DNA of 64,000 nucleotides. Origin: Polyangia bacterium (lineage in GTDB: Bacteria > Myxococcota_A > Polyangia > Fen-1088). The stretch covers positions 404-64,403 of the forward strand of contig DATJWP010000188.1 in the NCBI GenBank assembly GCA_035578045.1, written 5' to 3'. The position numbers were made by a program, and so were the translations under genes. Of the stretch, positions 20,490-30,579 are shown piece after piece. A model generated the notes under the pieces. That model saw only the letters and a list, made by a program, of their open reading frames with translations. It had not been told where the DNA came from and ran no database searches. How positions within the stretch are numbered: position 1 is the first letter of the stretch; each line of letters starts with the position of its first letter.

Positions 20490-21638
20490 TTATTGTGAGA
20501 GAAACTTGATCTGCACGAAGGGTTCAAGCAGCCCAGCGACCGTCTGAAGCGAGGGAAGAATTTCTTGGATCGCTTCGTTCCAAGTCGTCAAAGCGGTTGC
20601 TGGAATGAAGACTATGTCGCCTGGCGCAAGAGCAAATGATGCTGCCTCCCCTCGAAGGATCTTCTCTACGTCGATGACAAAGAACCTTCCTCGATCAGCT
20701 TCGCTGCGAATGACCCTGACGGCGTCCAGACGGCCTTGGGTGCGCTCGCGAAATCCGATTCCGGCCTGAGCCAGCGCCTGCAATATATCCAGGTGCCCCT
20801 GGAAAAATGGTACCGCTCCGCCCCGCGCGTTACTTCCAGCGGCCCCACCGAAGACAAATGCTTGCTCATTTAGATTGTCGGGGACGACGATGGCGTCGCC
20901 GGGCATGAGCCAGATGTTGAACCTGAGATCGCCATCCCGAAGCAGCCGAGAAAAGTTGATCGGTAACTTTTTACCTGCCCGAGCGATATAGGTGCTGCTC
21001 AGACTCGCCTTTTCAAAAACAATGCTGCCCCCAAGGGAAACAGCCTCCAGCAGATGCATTGGTCGATCTGCGTACTTTAGGCCCGGATTGGTGAACTGAC
21101 CTATGAGGTAGTACCGAATGCTGCCGTTGTAAATCACCTGGACGACTACCTTCGGATCCCGCACAAAATGTGCGAGGGCCTGTTCCAGAAAGACTCGCAA
21201 TTGCTCGGAAGTTTTCCCAGCCACTGGGACTGAGCCTATCAGTGGAAACTGAATCTCGCCGTTGTTGTCGACGTAGTAACCCGCAGTTCGCCCTCCTTGA
21301 AGATTACCGGCACCTGCGTTGGATCCCGAGTAGGCTGCTATGGCGAGTTCAGGATGGTTGAACACCGCGACGAGCAGCGTATCCCCCGGCCCGACCTTAT
21401 AAGCCTCGGTGTCTTTGGGCTCAGCGAGATCCGCGAGCACTTTTGGATCGAGAAACTCGTCCTTCTGAGAGACGATCGGCGAGGGCAGCAACCGGGTCGC
21501 CACGACGGGGTGCATGTTGCTCGTTGCGCAACCTGCTCCCACCGCGGTCGCGCAAACTACCGCTACCGCCAGGCCGCGAAGCAGCGTACCGGTTCGGGGC
21601 TCGACGCGTGCTTTCGGGCCAGGGATGCTCGTCCCCAT
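20490..21638 (-). CDS. Polysaccharide export outer-membrane lipoprotein (Wza/OPX family)
   Basis: Lipobox AVGAGC after the signal peptide. YKVGPGDTLLVAVFNHPEL is a Poly_export motif, followed by SLBB-like repeats. I chose the start at ATG 21638; the track start at 22127 would overlap wzx. Confidence 0.8.
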   Translation of the reverse strand: MGTSIPGPKARVEPRTGTLLRGLAVAVVCATAVGAGCATSNMHPVVATRLLPSPIVSQKDEFLDPKVLADLAEPKDTEAYKVGPGDTLLVAVFNHPELAIAAYSGSNAGAGNLQGGRTAGYYVDNNGEIQFPLIGSVPVAGKTSEQLRVFLEQALAHFVRDPKVVVQVIYNGSIRYYLIGQFTNPGLKYADRPMHLLEAVSLGGSIVFEKASLSSTYIARAGKKLPINFSRLLRDGDLRFNIWLMPGDAIVVPDNLNEQAFVFGGAAGSNARGGAVPFFQGHLDILQALAQAGIGFRERTQGRLDAVRVIRSEADRGRFFVIDVEKILRGEAASFALAPGDIVFIPATALTTWNEAIQEILPSLQTVAGLLEPFVQIKFLSQ

Positions 21639-21969
21639 CGAGGTGCGTAAAGTTTGCGTCAAGACTACGTTTCCCACAACGTCACACGCCTCATCACGTG
21701 TAGGGTAAGCTAGCAGGTTTTCTTTTGTGGAACAACGCTTCGGTTTCGCGATCGAAGCCCGCCGCGAATTGGTCTGCTCCCAGCCATTGGGACCGCCGAC
21801 GTTCGCGACCTTCGAGCTCGGCCCCGGGTCCGGCGTTGCCGAGTTGCCATAACCACGAAGGCCGAACGATCGGGTTAACTGTGGATGAACCTCGCGAGGA
21901 AAATCAGCAGCTTGTGTTTCAGCGCTCCCGACCGACGCCGTCCCGGTGGTCGTCCACCTCGCTTCGGCG

Positions 21970-23310
21970 TTACGAAGACGGGCCCTCGGCACCATCGTTC
22001 GCGCTCCTTGCTCGAACGTAGGGCAGGCCGAGAGCCACACATGCGGCCAACGCGGTGACGGCGCCAACTGCCAGAATGCCTGGGATTCCGAACCGGAAGG
22101 CCAGCAGCCGGTACAAGCAGGCAGCAATGGCGCACCGTATCACGAATACTGCCGCCGCCCTCCGGAGGCTGCCAATGCCGTAGGAAATCGCAATCAACAT
22201 GTTCTCAAATGTTGCCGCCGCCATGAAAGCCCCCATGGCCCAGGCTGTCGCCTCCGGGTGTGAAAGCGGAACTCTGTACCACCGTGACGCAATGACGGGA
22301 GTCAAGACGCCCAGGCCCACGAGGGATCCGGCCGCTACGATCGCATTTACCGAAACAGCATGGCGGAGAGCCTTCGCCAACCATCGAAAATCATTCCTCT
22401 GCTTCGCCTCTATGAGTGCTGGCCAGAGCGTGTTGTTGACCATTACGGCGACGCTGATAGCAATCGTATACATTTGCATCAAAATGCCCATTTGGGCGGC
22501 TGCCGTCCCGCCAGTCCATCCGGCTACAAAGATTGGAAGCTGGGTATTGAGATAGGATCCGGCGGATATCAGCGCAAAGGCCCCTCCCGGGAGCAGGAGT
22601 GACTTGGATGCAGACCAGCTAATCCGGCGAATGCCCCGGAGGAGGTAGGGTCGTCGAAGAGCCACGAGCTGAACGAGCGAAAGCAACTTGGTCAGCGCAG
22701 TAGGACCATATGTACCGACGACCATAACTGAGATGAGCGGCCAGCGGACGACCAAGAGGAGAACCGGTATGCTGATCAGCGAAAGGACAAATGACCAGCT
22801 ATTCGTGATCGCTTGCTCTTGATAAGCGGAGTACGTTGCTTCCGCAACGTTACCCACGAGAGTCAGGGGTATGAATAGAGAGAGAATGTACAGAACCGTC
22901 CTCGCTGCATGCTCGAACCCCATGACGGATGGTCCGAGAAGATGCGGCAGATCCTCCATCGTCGCCGTCTTCAGGATCAGGATGGCCGCGAGCATGCCGG
23001 CGGCTACGGACACCGCCAGTCCATTTCCGAAGAGAAGCGACTCTTGCTCACGATCGTCTCGTCCGACTGCTGCCGAGATGAGCCGCGTCAGGGAGGGCGG
23101 AGCGCCGAGGCTCACCAGCGACACCCATGACACCGCGGCTACCGTCGAAGCATAAGCGCCAAACGCTTTTGGCCCTAACGAAGCCACGGCAGCCGGGAAA
23201 GCGAAGATCTGGACGAGCACGCTCCCAACCTTGCTGATGAACGACGAAATAAAGGCGGCGCGCAATCTGCGGTTTCTGCGGGCGCTGTGCGTCTCGTTAG
23301 CGTCGGTCAT
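21970..23310 (-). CDS. Oligosaccharide flippase (Wzx, MOP superfamily)
   Basis: 446 aa with about 12-14 TM helices and a polysaccharide-biosynthesis-protein-like N-terminus. GGAGGA lies upstream of the ATG. Confidence 0.75.
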   Translation of the reverse strand: MTDANETHSARRNRRLRAAFISSFISKVGSVLVQIFAFPAAVASLGPKAFGAYASTVAAVSWVSLVSLGAPPSLTRLISAAVGRDDREQESLLFGNGLAVSVAAGMLAAILILKTATMEDLPHLLGPSVMGFEHAARTVLYILSLFIPLTLVGNVAEATYSAYQEQAITNSWSFVLSLISIPVLLLVVRWPLISVMVVGTYGPTALTKLLSLVQLVALRRPYLLRGIRRISWSASKSLLLPGGAFALISAGSYLNTQLPIFVAGWTGGTAAAQMGILMQMYTIAISVAVMVNNTLWPALIEAKQRNDFRWLAKALRHAVSVNAIVAAGSLVGLGVLTPVIASRWYRVPLSHPEATAWAMGAFMAAATFENMLIAISYGIGSLRRAAAVFVIRCAIAACLYRLLAFRFGIPGILAVGAVTALAACVALGLPYVRARSANDGAEGPSS

Positions 23311-23573
23311 ATTCCTCCGCCCCTGGACTGGCGCTGATACTCATCGCTCACGAGTCGAGCGAGAACCCGCCTCATCTGCCGCGCGACACGGCAGCCGCAT
23401 GATCCCACCTGGCGTTCCTGAGAGCCAGCGCGCTCGTCAGAGCCCGCTGCGCCGCAAGGCTTCCTCACCGGCGGCGGCAACGACGTCGCCAGATCCTCGA
23501 CGAGCGAGATCCCACGACCTGGATGGCACGCAAAGATATACTCCACGCCAGGCCAGACGAACGTCTCGTTCAT
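23307..23573 (-). CDS. Small hypothetical protein, possibly translationally coupled to wzx
   Basis: ATGA stop/start overlap with wzx. Third positions are G/C-rich. No family recognised (MNETFVWPGVEYIFACHPGRG...). Confidence 0.3.
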   Translation of the reverse strand: MNETFVWPGVEYIFACHPGRGISLVEDLATSLPPPVRKPCGAAGSDERAGSQERQVGSCGCRVARQMRRVLARLVSDEYQRQSRGGGI

Positions 23574-23798
23574 CGCCGCTCCGCAATCTTTTACCCGTCT
23601 GCTGTTCGTAGCGCGGGCCACCGACGAGAGTCAAGCAGTCTTCCTGTGGCCTTTGACGCTTGACGGAGATTTAACGGTACCGTAACCGAGCCTTCGCGGC
23701 TCCCCGTCGATTGCGCGTCGGATTTCACGTGCGCACGAACTGCGGGCTTGCAGATTGCCCAGCCCGTCGATTTCCGCGAACTCACGTATCCTGACGTC

Positions 23799-24335
23799 AT
23801 GGCTTTCGCTCGGCGCTTCTTGTGGGTGGTTCCGATCGCCCTGTTCTTCCTGAACCCGGGCTTCGCCTGCTCGTCGGAGACCGAGTATCAGTTCGGGGCC
23901 GCGGAGATGCGGGCGGCGGTGGAAGGAGAGTGGACCTTCGCCATCACGCCGGCCAGCGGGACGCCGGTGCGTGTGCAGGTGCGGGTCTCCCAGGCCGGGC
24001 CGGCGGCGGCGACGACGGCCAGCGCGCGATCGATCGATCTGGTGCGCCCGGCGCATGCCTGTGGCTCGCGAACGCTGCTGGCCGGCGCCAGCGCCTGCGC
24101 CGACGCCACGGACATGCCGCTCGACGTCTCGTTCGTCGACGGAGACGCCCTGTTCTCCGGCGCCGGGTTGTCCGGCAAGTTCACGGTCTACGGGTTGGCT
24201 TTCACTCAGGGTTCGCTGGAGCTCACGCTGGGGCCGTACCAGTTCCTGGCGGTCGTGAACGCCGACGGCTCTCTCCTCAATCCCCAGCTGGGACCGATGG
24301 GGGACCCGGGCACGCTGTCCGTGATGCCGCCCTGA
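23799..24335 (+). CDS. Hypothetical lipoprotein
   Basis: Signal peptide with lipobox (FFLNPGFAC). The start was moved to ATG 23799 inside the track ORF. Confidence 0.5.
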   Translation: MAFARRFLWVVPIALFFLNPGFACSSETEYQFGAAEMRAAVEGEWTFAITPASGTPVRVQVRVSQAGPAAATTASARSIDLVRPAHACGSRTLLAGASACADATDMPLDVSFVDGDALFSGAGLSGKFTVYGLAFTQGSLELTLGPYQFLAVVNADGSLLNPQLGPMGDPGTLSVMPP

Positions 24336-24348
24336 TTCCCCGCCGCTG

Positions 24349-25002
24349 ATGCCCCCGCGCAGAGAGGTTCACCACGCTGAGGCGGTGCAGTGGCTGCGCG
24401 CGCGCGGCCGGATGGACGGCTGCAGCGTCGTGACGTCCCTGCCCGACGTCTCCGAGATGGCCGGGATGAGCGTGGCCGACTGGACGACCTGGTTCGTGGA
24501 CGCCGCGCGCGCCGTGCTCGACGCCGTGCCCGACCCGGGCGTCGCGGTGTTCTTCCAGAGCGACGTCAAGCGCGGCAGCCTCTGGATCGACAAGGGGGCG
24601 CTGGTCCAGCGGGCGGCCGACGGCGCGTGCGCGCCGCTGCTGTTCCACAAGATCGTCTGCCGCAAGCCGGCGGGCAGCCTGACCTTCGGGCGCGCCAGCT
24701 ACTCGCACCTCCTCGGGTACTCGCGCGGCGTGCGCCCGCTGCCCCAGCGCGCCACGGCCGACGTGCTCCCCGACGGCGGTTTCCAGGCGAGCGCCAAGTC
24801 GATGGGCCTGACCGCCTGCCTGGACGCTTGCCGCTTCGTCGCGCGCGAGACCGCGACCACGACCATCGTCGACCCGTTCTGCGGCTACGGCACGGTGCTG
24901 GCGGTGGCCAACGCCATCGGCCTGGACGCCGTCGGCGTGGATCTCTCGGCCCGCATGGTCCGCCGCGCGCGGACGCTCACCGTCGACCTGGACTCAGTCT
25001 GA
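24349..25002 (+). CDS. Putative SAM-dependent methyltransferase (N4/N6 DNA-methylase-like motif order)
   Basis: C-terminal DPFCGYGTVLAVA resembles motif I (DPFxGSGTT). VVTSLPDVSE is a possible degenerate motif IV. No partner nuclease gene is present. Confidence 0.45.
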   Translation: MPPRREVHHAEAVQWLRARGRMDGCSVVTSLPDVSEMAGMSVADWTTWFVDAARAVLDAVPDPGVAVFFQSDVKRGSLWIDKGALVQRAADGACAPLLFHKIVCRKPAGSLTFGRASYSHLLGYSRGVRPLPQRATADVLPDGGFQASAKSMGLTACLDACRFVARETATTTIVDPFCGYGTVLAVANAIGLDAVGVDLSARMVRRARTLTVDLDSV

Positions 25003-25722
25003 CTGGATCGGGCTCAGGGTGACGACGAACGTCGTCCCCCCTTTCTTCGGGCTCTCGACGGCGACCGAGCCTCCGTGCGCCTTGACCAGCTCGCGGACCA
25101 GCCACAGCCCCAGCCCCAACCCGGCCGCGCGGACGTGCGGGATGTCGGGCCGGCGCCGGAACATCCGCTGCCGCACCCGGGCCGGGATCCGGCGGCCGCC
25201 GTCGTGCACGCTGACGACCAGGCGGCGGTCGATCCGATCGACCACCACGGAGATCGGGCGTCCGCCGTGCTGGATGGCGTTCAGGACCAAGTTCTGAGCG
25301 ATCTGCTCGATCGCGGCGGGATCCCAGCGATCGGTCAGGTCCTGCGAGCGGACCTCGACGTCACCGTCGGCCGGCGCCAGGGTGCGCAACATCCGGCGGA
25401 CGGTCTCGCCCACGACGGCCCCCGCATCCACCAGCGATGGGACCACCGTCAGCGAGCCCGAACGATGGAAGTCGACCAGGTGCCCCAGCAGGCGATCGAG
25501 CCGCGTCATCTCGTCGCGCGCGGCCGTCAGGCCATCTCGAAGCTCGGGATCCACGCCGGACCCGATCTCGTTCTCGAGCAAGCGCACGTACATCAGCGTC
25601 GTGGCGAGCGGTGTCCGGATGTAGTGCGCGAACGAGGTCGCCGCCGTGACGGACGACTTCCTTCGTGGGGGCGGATCGGCGCTTGGCCGCAGCTGGCGGA
25701 TCACGGCGGACTTCTCCTTCAT
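24994..25722 (-). CDS. Cytoplasmic histidine kinase (HisKA + HATPase_c)
   Basis: H-box FAHYIRTPLATT, N-box NLVLNAIQHG, G-box GLGLGLWLVRELVKAHGGSV. Confidence 0.85.
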   Translation of the reverse strand: MKEKSAVIRQLRPSADPPPRRKSSVTAATSFAHYIRTPLATTLMYVRLLENEIGSGVDPELRDGLTAARDEMTRLDRLLGHLVDFHRSGSLTVVPSLVDAGAVVGETVRRMLRTLAPADGDVEVRSQDLTDRWDPAAIEQIAQNLVLNAIQHGGRPISVVVDRIDRRLVVSVHDGGRRIPARVRQRMFRRRPDIPHVRAAGLGLGLWLVRELVKAHGGSVAVESPKKGGTTFVVTLSPIQSD

Positions 25723-26096
25723 CGCGCACCGCCCTCGTCCGGACCGGTCGCCGCTTCCAGCGCCGCGCGCAGCACGGCAGGCTCGATCGGCTTGACCAGG
25801 TGCAGATCGAACCCGGCGCCCAGCGCGAGATCGCGATCGCGCGCCTCGCCGAAGCCGGACATCGCGACCAGCCGGCAGGCCGACCCGTCCGCGCGGATCT
25901 GCTTGGCGACCTCGAGCCCATCCAGCTTGGGGAGCCCGATGTCGACCAGCGCGACCGCCGCGCCGGACGTGCGGATCGCGTCCAGGGCGGTCACGCCGTC
26001 ATACGCGGCGATGACGTTCCATCCAAAGCGGCTGAGGAGCAGCCGCACCGCCATGGTCATTTCGCGATTGTCATCCGCGACCACCACGCTCCGCAT
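25719..26096 (-). CDS. Single-domain response regulator (REC)
   Basis: VVVADDN...VALVDIGLPKLDG...SGFG...K pattern. ATGA overlap with the downstream kinase. Confidence 0.85.
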   Translation of the reverse strand: MRSVVVADDNREMTMAVRLLLSRFGWNVIAAYDGVTALDAIRTSGAAVALVDIGLPKLDGLEVAKQIRADGSACRLVAMSGFGEARDRDLALGAGFDLHLVKPIEPAVLRAALEAATGPDEGGAR

Positions 26097-26107
26097 GAGG
26101 GGCGTGG

Positions 26108-28132
26108 TTATACCACCGGCAGCCGGACCACGAACAGGCTTCCCGCGCCGGGACCGTCGCTCTCGGCATGGATCCGCCCGCCGTGCAGCTCGGCGATCCG
26201 CTTGGCCAGCGCCAGTCCCAGTCCCAGCCCCCCCAGCGCGGCGTCACGCGACTGATCCACCTGGGCGAACGACTCGAACACGCGTTCCAGCATCTCCGCG
26301 GGGATCCCGGCGCCGCGGTCCCGGACCGAGACGATCGCTTGCCCACCGTCGCAGACGACCCTCAGGTCGACGCGCCCGCCGTCCGGGCTGTACTTCGCGG
26401 CGTTGTTCAGCAGGTTCGAAAACAGCTGGGCCAGGCGCATTCGGTCGCCCCGGACGGTGGTGCCGGCGTCGGGCCATTCAATCACCAGCTCCAGCCGATT
26501 GCTCTCGATGATGGGCGTGCTGGTCTCGATGGCGTCGGCCAGGACCAGCGACAGCTGCACGGCCTCCGCGCGCATCTGGATGGTCCCGTTCGTGACACGC
26601 GCAACATCCAGGAGGTCTTCGACCAGCCGCCCCAGGTGGGCGGTCTGGCGGCGAATGATTCCGTGGGCGGCGCCGGCCTCCTCGTCGGTGGGCGCCAGCG
26701 CCTGCCCCAGCACGTCGACCGCCAGCGTGATGGGGGCCAGCGGGTTGCGCAGCTCGTGCGCGACCATCGCCACGAACTGGTCCTTGCGACGATCGGCCTC
26801 GAGCAGCGCCTCGGTCATCGCCTGTTCGGCGCGCAGGAGAGCCCGTTGCTCCTCGGCGCGTTTGTGCTCGGTGACGTCTCGTCCCAGCGCCTGGTAGCCG
26901 ACCGCCCCCCCGTGCTCGTCGAACAGGGCCCGTACCCGCCACTGCTCCCATTGCGATTGTCCAGCGGGTCCGTCCTCGCCGTCTTCCCAGGTGGCGAAGG
27001 CCCGCGCCGGCGTCAGGCGACGCAACAGCCGGCGCCGGTCCTCGCGCGTGTCGGGCGGAAACAGCGACCAGAAGCTGGTCCCCAGCAACTCCCGCCGGCT
27101 GCGTCCGGTCCTCTGGCAGCAGGCGCCGTTGACGAACGTCAGCTCGCCGGCAGGCCCGAACCGGCAAATCATGTCGATCTGATCTTCGACCACGGTCTCG
27201 TACTCCCGCTGGCTGGCGCGGAGCTGCTCGCTGGCGCGTTGCCGGTCCTTGAGGAGAGCGGCGAGAAGCAGAAGCGGCGCCGACGTGAAGAACAGAAAAA
27301 GCTGCAACCGGATCAGATCCTGGGCAGGTGAGCCCGTGTGGAATGGACCGCGCCCCGTGAGCGTCCCGCTGATCGCCAGCACCGCCACGAGCAGCAGGGA
27401 ACCGCTGGTCGCGGCCGGACCGAAGCGGACCGCCGCCCAGAACAGGACCGGCACCGGCGCGTACAGGCCGGCAGCCAGCGCGCCGTCGCGGCCCGGTTGC
27501 CCCAGCAGGACCAGACCGCCGATCACCAGCAGCGTCGCCAGCAACCCGCCCGCCTCCGCGGCCCGCGCGCCGTTCCAGCGCGCTTCGGTCAGCTCGGACC
27601 AGCGCGATCGCGCAAACAGGATGACCGGCAGCAGCGCGAGGCCGGCCAGCACGTTCGACAGCAGCCAGGGTGTCCAGGCACCCCAGTAGGCGCCGGGCCC
27701 GCGATACCAGGCCACGACGCCGGCTCCCACGAATGCGCCGGCGAGCGGCGCCAGCACCCCGCCAAAGAGCAAGAACGCCACCGCCCCTCTCAGCGAATCC
27801 AGAGGGCTCCCGCGATCGGCGAACCGGCGCACGCCGATGGCAGCCACCAGCGCGCGGACGTAGTTGGCGAGGTCCGTCATCAGCACGAAGCCGATCGGTG
27901 CGCCGTTCAGATGGTGCGGCCAGAACGTTCCGGCCGACCCGGCCAGCAGGTAGACCCACCAGCGGCGCGGCGGGGACATCAGCAGGGCGGCGGTGACGAC
28001 CGCGTACGGGGGGTAGAGGATGGCCGTCCGGCAGCCGGGGAAGCACAGCGCGTTTCCCGCCAGAGCGCCGCCGGCAGATGCGATGGCCACGGCCAGCGGG
28101 CCGATTGCTCGTGCAGTCCAGGTCCTCGACAT
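26108..28132 (-). CDS. Sensor histidine kinase, MASE1-like membrane domain + PAS + HisKA + HATPase_c
   Basis: About 8 N-terminal TM helices, a PAS-like region (ICRFGPAGELTFVNGACC), H-box VAHELRNPLAPI, and GLGLGLALAKRIAELHGG. Confidence 0.85.
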   Translation of the reverse strand: MSRTWTARAIGPLAVAIASAGGALAGNALCFPGCRTAILYPPYAVVTAALLMSPPRRWWVYLLAGSAGTFWPHHLNGAPIGFVLMTDLANYVRALVAAIGVRRFADRGSPLDSLRGAVAFLLFGGVLAPLAGAFVGAGVVAWYRGPGAYWGAWTPWLLSNVLAGLALLPVILFARSRWSELTEARWNGARAAEAGGLLATLLVIGGLVLLGQPGRDGALAAGLYAPVPVLFWAAVRFGPAATSGSLLLVAVLAISGTLTGRGPFHTGSPAQDLIRLQLFLFFTSAPLLLLAALLKDRQRASEQLRASQREYETVVEDQIDMICRFGPAGELTFVNGACCQRTGRSRRELLGTSFWSLFPPDTREDRRRLLRRLTPARAFATWEDGEDGPAGQSQWEQWRVRALFDEHGGAVGYQALGRDVTEHKRAEEQRALLRAEQAMTEALLEADRRKDQFVAMVAHELRNPLAPITLAVDVLGQALAPTDEEAGAAHGIIRRQTAHLGRLVEDLLDVARVTNGTIQMRAEAVQLSLVLADAIETSTPIIESNRLELVIEWPDAGTTVRGDRMRLAQLFSNLLNNAAKYSPDGGRVDLRVVCDGGQAIVSVRDRGAGIPAEMLERVFESFAQVDQSRDAALGGLGLGLALAKRIAELHGGRIHAESDGPGAGSLFVVRLPVV

Positions 28133-28191
28133 GGGGCCGACGCCCGGCTCAGCGGGCCATGGAGCGAACTTGTAGGTGATAGACTCGGCCC

Positions 28192-29028
28192 ATGCAAGGC
28201 GGGGACGGCTGGCGGGAGGCCTATCAGGCGGCGCGCCTCGCCTGGCCGGCGGTCACGCTCGACTTCCAGCGCTTCGTGGACCACGCGCGGCAGGTCGGGT
28301 TCTCGCCGGACGCAGGCGCCGACCCGGCCAACGCGACTGACCTTTTCCTGGCTTGCGCCGCCGGCCAGGGCGATCGACCGGCGATCGAGGCCCTGGACGA
28401 GCGGTACGTCGCCCCGGCGCGCCACTCGCTGAAACGGCTGGACGCGCGGCCGGAGTTCATCGACGACGTGATGCAGGAGCTCCGGACCAAGCTGCTGCTG
28501 CCGCCCGAGCCGCGGATCCTGCGTTACGGCGGGCGTGGCCCCCTGCTGGCGTGGATCCGCGTCGCCGCCACCCGGATCGCGATCGACGCCCTGCGGGCCG
28601 TGCGCGAGGTGGTCGGGCGAGAGGCGCGCGATCCGGATTCCCTGGACCAGGTGGACTTCGGCCCCGAAGTGCAGCTGCTGCGGGCGGCCTATCGCGAGGC
28701 CTTCCAGGAGGCGATGAGCGCGGCGGTGGGGGCGCTGTCGCCCAAGGACCGCAACCTGCTGCGGCGCCACCTGATCGACCACATGACGCTGGAAGAGATG
28801 GCCGCCCCCTACAACGTGCACCCCGCGACCGTGGCGCGGCGCCTGATGGGGCTGCGCGAGGAGATCGCGGCCTCGGTGCGCGAGCACCTGGCGGTCCGCC
28901 ACCGCTCGCAGGGGGGGTCGACGTCGCTCGAGAGCCTGGCGCAGGCCATCCGCAGCGAGGTGTACGTCAGCCTGGCGCCCTTCCTGGGGCGAACCAACGA
29001 ACCCTCCGATGGCGGCAAAGAGCCATGA
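28192..29028 (+). CDS. Sigma-70 family (ECF-like) RNA polymerase sigma factor
   Basis: Region 2-like DDVMQELRTKLL and region 4 HTH (MTLEEMAAPYNVHPATVARRL). Sits directly upstream of a Ser/Thr kinase. Confidence 0.7.
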   Translation: MQGGDGWREAYQAARLAWPAVTLDFQRFVDHARQVGFSPDAGADPANATDLFLACAAGQGDRPAIEALDERYVAPARHSLKRLDARPEFIDDVMQELRTKLLLPPEPRILRYGGRGPLLAWIRVAATRIAIDALRAVREVVGREARDPDSLDQVDFGPEVQLLRAAYREAFQEAMSAAVGALSPKDRNLLRRHLIDHMTLEEMAAPYNVHPATVARRLMGLREEIAASVREHLAVRHRSQGGSTSLESLAQAIRSEVYVSLAPFLGRTNEPSDGGKEP

Positions 29029-29066
29029 CTACGCGGGGTTCCCTGCGGTAACCTCCACCTCGACGA

Positions 29067-30575
29067 ATGCCGCTCCAGGACGACGGACCCTCGGCGTGCA
29101 TCGACGAGAACACCGTGCTGGATTTCGTCCAGGGGCGCCTGGACAAGGCCGAAGTGGCCCGGATCGACGAGCACGCGGACGGCTGCCTGTCCTGCCGCAA
29201 GGCGATCGACGTGGCGGTCCGGGCCTTCCGCGAGCGGGCCACCGGCGTGGACCACGATCCCGTCAACCTGACCCGCTTCGTCGTGGGCGACAGGCTGGAC
29301 GGCCGCTACCGGATCACCCGCTTCATCGCCCGCGGCGGCATGGGCGAGGTCTACGAGGCCGAGGACGAGGTCCTGGGGACCCAGATCGCCCTCAAGACGA
29401 TCGGCGCCGCCATCGCCGACAACCCGCAGTCGGCGCGCCGCCTGAAGCAAGAGGTCAACCTGGCGCGGCGGATCACGCACCCCAACGTCTGCCGCATCTT
29501 CGACCTGGGCGTCCACGAGCAGGGGCGCCCGGGAACCGGCGTCCTCTTCATCACCATGGAGCTGATCCAGGGGGTCAGCCTGGCGCAGCGGGTGAAGGAA
29601 CGGGGACGGTTCACGCCCGAGGCCGCCCTGCCGATCGTCAAGGCGATGGCCGGGGCGCTGGGCGCCGCCCACCGGGCCGAGGTCGTGCACCGCGACTTCA
29701 AGAGCGACAACGTGCTGCTGGCCCCCGACGGGCCCGACCGGGAGCGCGTGGTGGTCATGGACTTCGGCCTGGCGCGCAACACCTCGCTGAACACGCACGA
29801 CTCGACGCAGGGGCGCGGCCTGGAAGGCACGCTCGCGTACATGGCGCCCGAACAGCTGGAGGGGCAGAGCGCCCGGGAGGCCGCGGACATCTACGCGCTG
29901 GGGCTGGTGATGTACGAGATGCTGACCGGCCAGCTTCCGTTCGCGCCGGCGTCGGGAGGGGCCTGGCTGCGGGCCGCCTGGCGGCGCGTCGTCGAGCCGA
30001 TCCCGCCCGTGCGCGCGGTGATTCCCGAGATCGATCCGCGCTGGAGCGACGTGATCGAGCGCTGCCTGGAGAAGGAGGTCGAGCGCCGTCCGGCCACGGC
30101 GGACGGTGTGGTTCTGGCGCTGCTGGGCGAGGCGCCGCCGCAGCGGCCCGTGCCACCGCCGGCTCCGGCGCAGGTGGCGGTGGTGGAGGCCATCACGGCG
30201 ACTCGCGCGGTCCGGCCTCGCTGGCCGTGGGCAGCGGCCGCGGCGATCGGCGTGTTGGCTGTCCTGATCGTGTCGACCGCCGTGCGCCGCCGGCCGCCGC
30301 CGGCGGCGACCGTGACCGTTCCGGCCGCGCCGGCGCCGGCGCCGGCGAAGATGGCACCGCCGGCGTCGCCGGTCGCGCCGCCACCACCGCCCGGCGCTCC
30401 ACCGAGCGTCGAGCCACCGGCGCCGCCCGCCCCGCCTCATCACACGGCCCCGCCAAAACCAGCCCACCACGAACAGGCCGCTGCGCCTGCGGCTGCCAGC
30501 CCCGACGCCGGCGTGACGCCCGCGGCCACGCATCGTCGATCCGCCGACCCGAACGACGGGTTCATCTTCAAGTGA
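29067..30575 (+). CDS. Ser/Thr protein kinase with N-terminal zinc anti-sigma-like (HxxxCxxC) segment, TM helix and Pro-rich tail
   Basis: HADGCLSC at 29172-29195. Kinase motifs GGMGEVYEA, ALK, HRDFKSDNVLL, DFGLAR, GTLAYMAPEQ. TM helix WPWAAAAAIGVLAVLIVSTAV. Confidence 0.9.
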   Translation: MPLQDDGPSACIDENTVLDFVQGRLDKAEVARIDEHADGCLSCRKAIDVAVRAFRERATGVDHDPVNLTRFVVGDRLDGRYRITRFIARGGMGEVYEAEDEVLGTQIALKTIGAAIADNPQSARRLKQEVNLARRITHPNVCRIFDLGVHEQGRPGTGVLFITMELIQGVSLAQRVKERGRFTPEAALPIVKAMAGALGAAHRAEVVHRDFKSDNVLLAPDGPDRERVVVMDFGLARNTSLNTHDSTQGRGLEGTLAYMAPEQLEGQSAREAADIYALGLVMYEMLTGQLPFAPASGGAWLRAAWRRVVEPIPPVRAVIPEIDPRWSDVIERCLEKEVERRPATADGVVLALLGEAPPQRPVPPPAPAQVAVVEAITATRAVRPRWPWAAAAAIGVLAVLIVSTAVRRRPPPAATVTVPAAPAPAPAKMAPPASPVAPPPPPGAPPSVEPPAPPAPPHHTAPPKPAHHEQAAAPAAASPDAGVTPAATHRRSADPNDGFIFK

Positions 30576-30579
30576 ATCG

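Noticed and set aside
21639-21969. 331-nt gap between wzx and wza, with a 98-aa plus-strand ORF at 21725..22021
   Set aside because: The ORF is antisense to the operon direction, overlaps the wzx 3' end and has no motifs. The gap is more likely an internal promoter or untranslated spacer, and I found no RNA structure I could name.
20490-22127. Long N-terminal extension of wza (545 aa); similarly 54180..56426 and 52090..53553
   Set aside because: The extensions overlap neighbouring genes or lack signal peptides. Internal ATGs give proper lipoprotein or signal-peptide N-termini or ATGA coupling.
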